From assembly GCA_008632985.1 (NCBI GenBank), contig QPGO01000160.1:124001-145411 (forward strand): a stretch of 21,411 nucleotides of DNA. Direction: 5' to 3'. The DNA is from Psammoneis japonica. Taxonomy: Eukaryota. A program made the translations under genes and the position numbers. Shown here piece after piece: positions 19,330 to 21,411 of the stretch. The notes below the pieces were generated by a model. That model was not told the DNA's origin. It was given only the letters and a program-made list of their open reading frames with translations, and did no database searches. How positions within the stretch are numbered: the stretch's first letter is position 1; the number at the start of each line of letters is the position of its first letter.

Positions 19330-21411
19330 TCTCTGTCGCGCCAGGATTTTTGGTGAGCCAACAACAAACAACACATGCACCGCAGTGCACACAGTTGTGG
19401 CTTGCACTTGTTTGTTGTCAACTTATCGTTTCACACATGATGTCAAACACCAATGAAGGTTCATCTGTCCTTTTGTCCTCAGATCATGAGGCAGATAAAA
19501 GTGATGACAATGATTTGTCAAGCTCCCAGCAAGAGCTGTTGGAAAACAATGACAATGCAATTTCTGATGCACATGGAGATGACAGTGGTGCAACTGACTC
19601 TGCTCAGTTTACCTCCTCTCAACCAGCACTTCCACCCCCTCCCTCTCTTAAAAAGGTCTCAATGCCTTCATTTATGAACAATTGTGGGGAGCATTCTGAA
19701 GCACACCCTCTCAAAGAGCAGAGTGAGGAACTTCTCAAGAAGAGCTGGTCAGCTGAGGATCTTGCACAAGAGATTGTCAAACTTGCTCCCACAGAAGAAG
19801 ATGTCTCCAGTGCCAATGAGAACCAACGATCTCTAGATTCTTTCAAGACAAAGTGCAAGCTTGTGTTTCCTGTTGGTCGTCACTTTGCTGGCTGCAAGCA
19901 GTTGCACCAAGCTGCCACCCAGTTTCTTGACATGTGGGCCATTTCTTGTGTTCATGATGGGAAGCAAATTGTTTGTCACTTCAGTGATGCCAAGTCAGAT
20001 GCATGCAAAGAGAAAAAAAGAAAGCCTTTGGATCAATTGCAAGGCAGTGGCAGCCGCAGGTGCCAGAAGCAGTCCATGAAAGAGCGGTGCAAATGTCCAT
20101 TTGTGACTCGGTGCTCTCTTGTCAACAAGCGTGTTGACCCTCAATTGGGTGCAACAAAACCAGGCATTTTTCACCTTGTGAAGATTACCGCAGCAAACTG
20201 TCACCATTCTCATGACCTCAACACGGTTTTCCACCGCAAGGCAAAAGAGACTGGTGGCAACCTCCAACCAAATCTTGCTTGTCTTGAGTCAGTGATTGAT
20301 CGGATTGAGTCAAATCCATCAGTGGAGCCCAGGGAACTGCGGCCATTGTTGCAGAAGCACATGCCAGTCTATGCCTCAATGGATGCAACCTTCATAAAAA
20401 ATTTCAAGTGTCGTGTCCAAACATGGTTGATCAACACAGACCCCCAGGAGCGTCAGGTTGCAGCTCAGTTTGCAGAAGACCTGGCAAAGAAATGCCGAAA
20501 GAGTGCAGCTGATGAATTCATCATCAGTGACTCAACCATTGCTCGAAAGAATCTACATGCCATGCTTTGACGTGTGATGCAGGAGGACTCATCCACTTGG
20601 AATGCACTTCATTTTCTTGAAGCCATGAAAGAATCAAACCATGGATTTGACTTCCGATTGATGCGTGATGACAATGGCAGACCAGAAGCAGTTTGCTGCA
20701 TGACCCTTGAAATGAAACGTGACCTCAAGAGGTGTGGTGATGTGCTCCACCTAGATGCTCAGAAGCGACAGCACAACAAGGCTGGTTGGCCATGCATTGG
20801 TCCGGCAGTGAAGGACTCTGAGATGAAACCTCGTGCTGTTGCAGAAGGCCTCTGCCTGGAGGAGGATCACAAGCACTGTCATTTTGTTCTTGAGTCTGTG
20901 GAAAGCATCACGGAAAACAAGTGGCAAATCTCAGATGTCAGGATCATCTTTGCTGACCAGCACCTGACCAGTGGCTTTGTTGAAAGCCTGGGCAATGACC
21001 TTGACATTGTGCTGTGGTGTGATTTTCACCATGCTTTCAATGAAGTTTGGCCGAACCCTGACAATTTTGGCATTTTCCATCATGAAAAGACAAAGGACTG
21101 CCTCCGGATAATGCTGCAGTGCAGCACAGAGGAAGAATGGGCCCATGCATTCAATGAGGCCAAAGTGCATGTTGCTGATGATGCTCAGAAAACCTGCATT
21201 CTGCGAGACATTTTCTCTAAGCCAGAGTGCCATGCGGGGCACCATCTGAAGCAGCTGGCCGGCAATCTTGAGCTTGGTGGTTCTGTTCCGGCAGAGCAGA
21301 ATCATGCTGGCATTGTCCCAACATTTGGCAGAGGTGCCACATGGAGCATTGCTGAAAATTTGAAGATGCTCATTGAGCGACAGAGTGCATCAAGCAAGAA
21401 GCGACAGCAGG
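19330..21411. other. TpA-depleted hypermutated domain 2
   Basis: Seen: about a dozen TA and about 30 CG by eye in ~2 kb of the ORF, with an abrupt change from the TA-rich sequence at 19080-19327. Confidence 0.9.
19437..21411 (+). mobile_element. Mutator-like (MULE) DDE transposase, inactivated by one TGA and Tyr-eliminating substitutions; runs off the window
   Basis: Seen: a single frame from ATG 19437 to the window end with one stop (TGA 20568-70, context ML*RVMQ). It contains CKCPF...HSHDL (WRKY/GCM1-like N-terminal domain), GDVLHLDAQKRQHNKAGWPCIGP, RIIFADQ, CDFHH and GSVPAEQNH, i.e. the D, D, CxxH, E signature of MULE transposases (knowledge). Confidence 0.85.

Noticed and set aside
18457..19356. 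ORFs 18457..18873(-) and 19084..19356(+)
   Set aside because: No recognisable motifs, non-ATG starts and AT-rich intergenic character.

Overview
Eukaryotic genomic DNA with GT-AG introns, most likely from a pennate diatom (inferred from CoDi-like copia remnants, a diatom-type membrane LRR gene and a silaffin-like gene). Host-type sequence comprises a 5'-truncated DHFR/RibD-C gene, a doubly frameshifted secreted sphingomyelinase-like (EEP) gene, a 4-exon single-pass LRR gene, a 2-exon PDCD2L/TSR4-like gene and a secreted Lys/Ser-rich silaffin-like gene. Two transposon zones are interspersed: ~2.3-11.6 kb (decayed DIRS/Ngaro-like and Ty1/copia retroelements) and 19.3 kb to the end (MULE transposase). 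The most striking signal is that TpA is almost eliminated in both zones (about ten in ~9.2 kb by eye count), CpG is depleted and TpG/CpA is enriched. Positions expected to be Tyr are systematically Cys or His. This looks like a repeat-targeted TpA->TpG/CpA hypermutation, opposite in direction to fungal RIP. It appears to act fast, leak into a neighbouring gene and co-occur with internal inversions. All counts and motif matches were made by eye and from recalled family consensus, not by computation.
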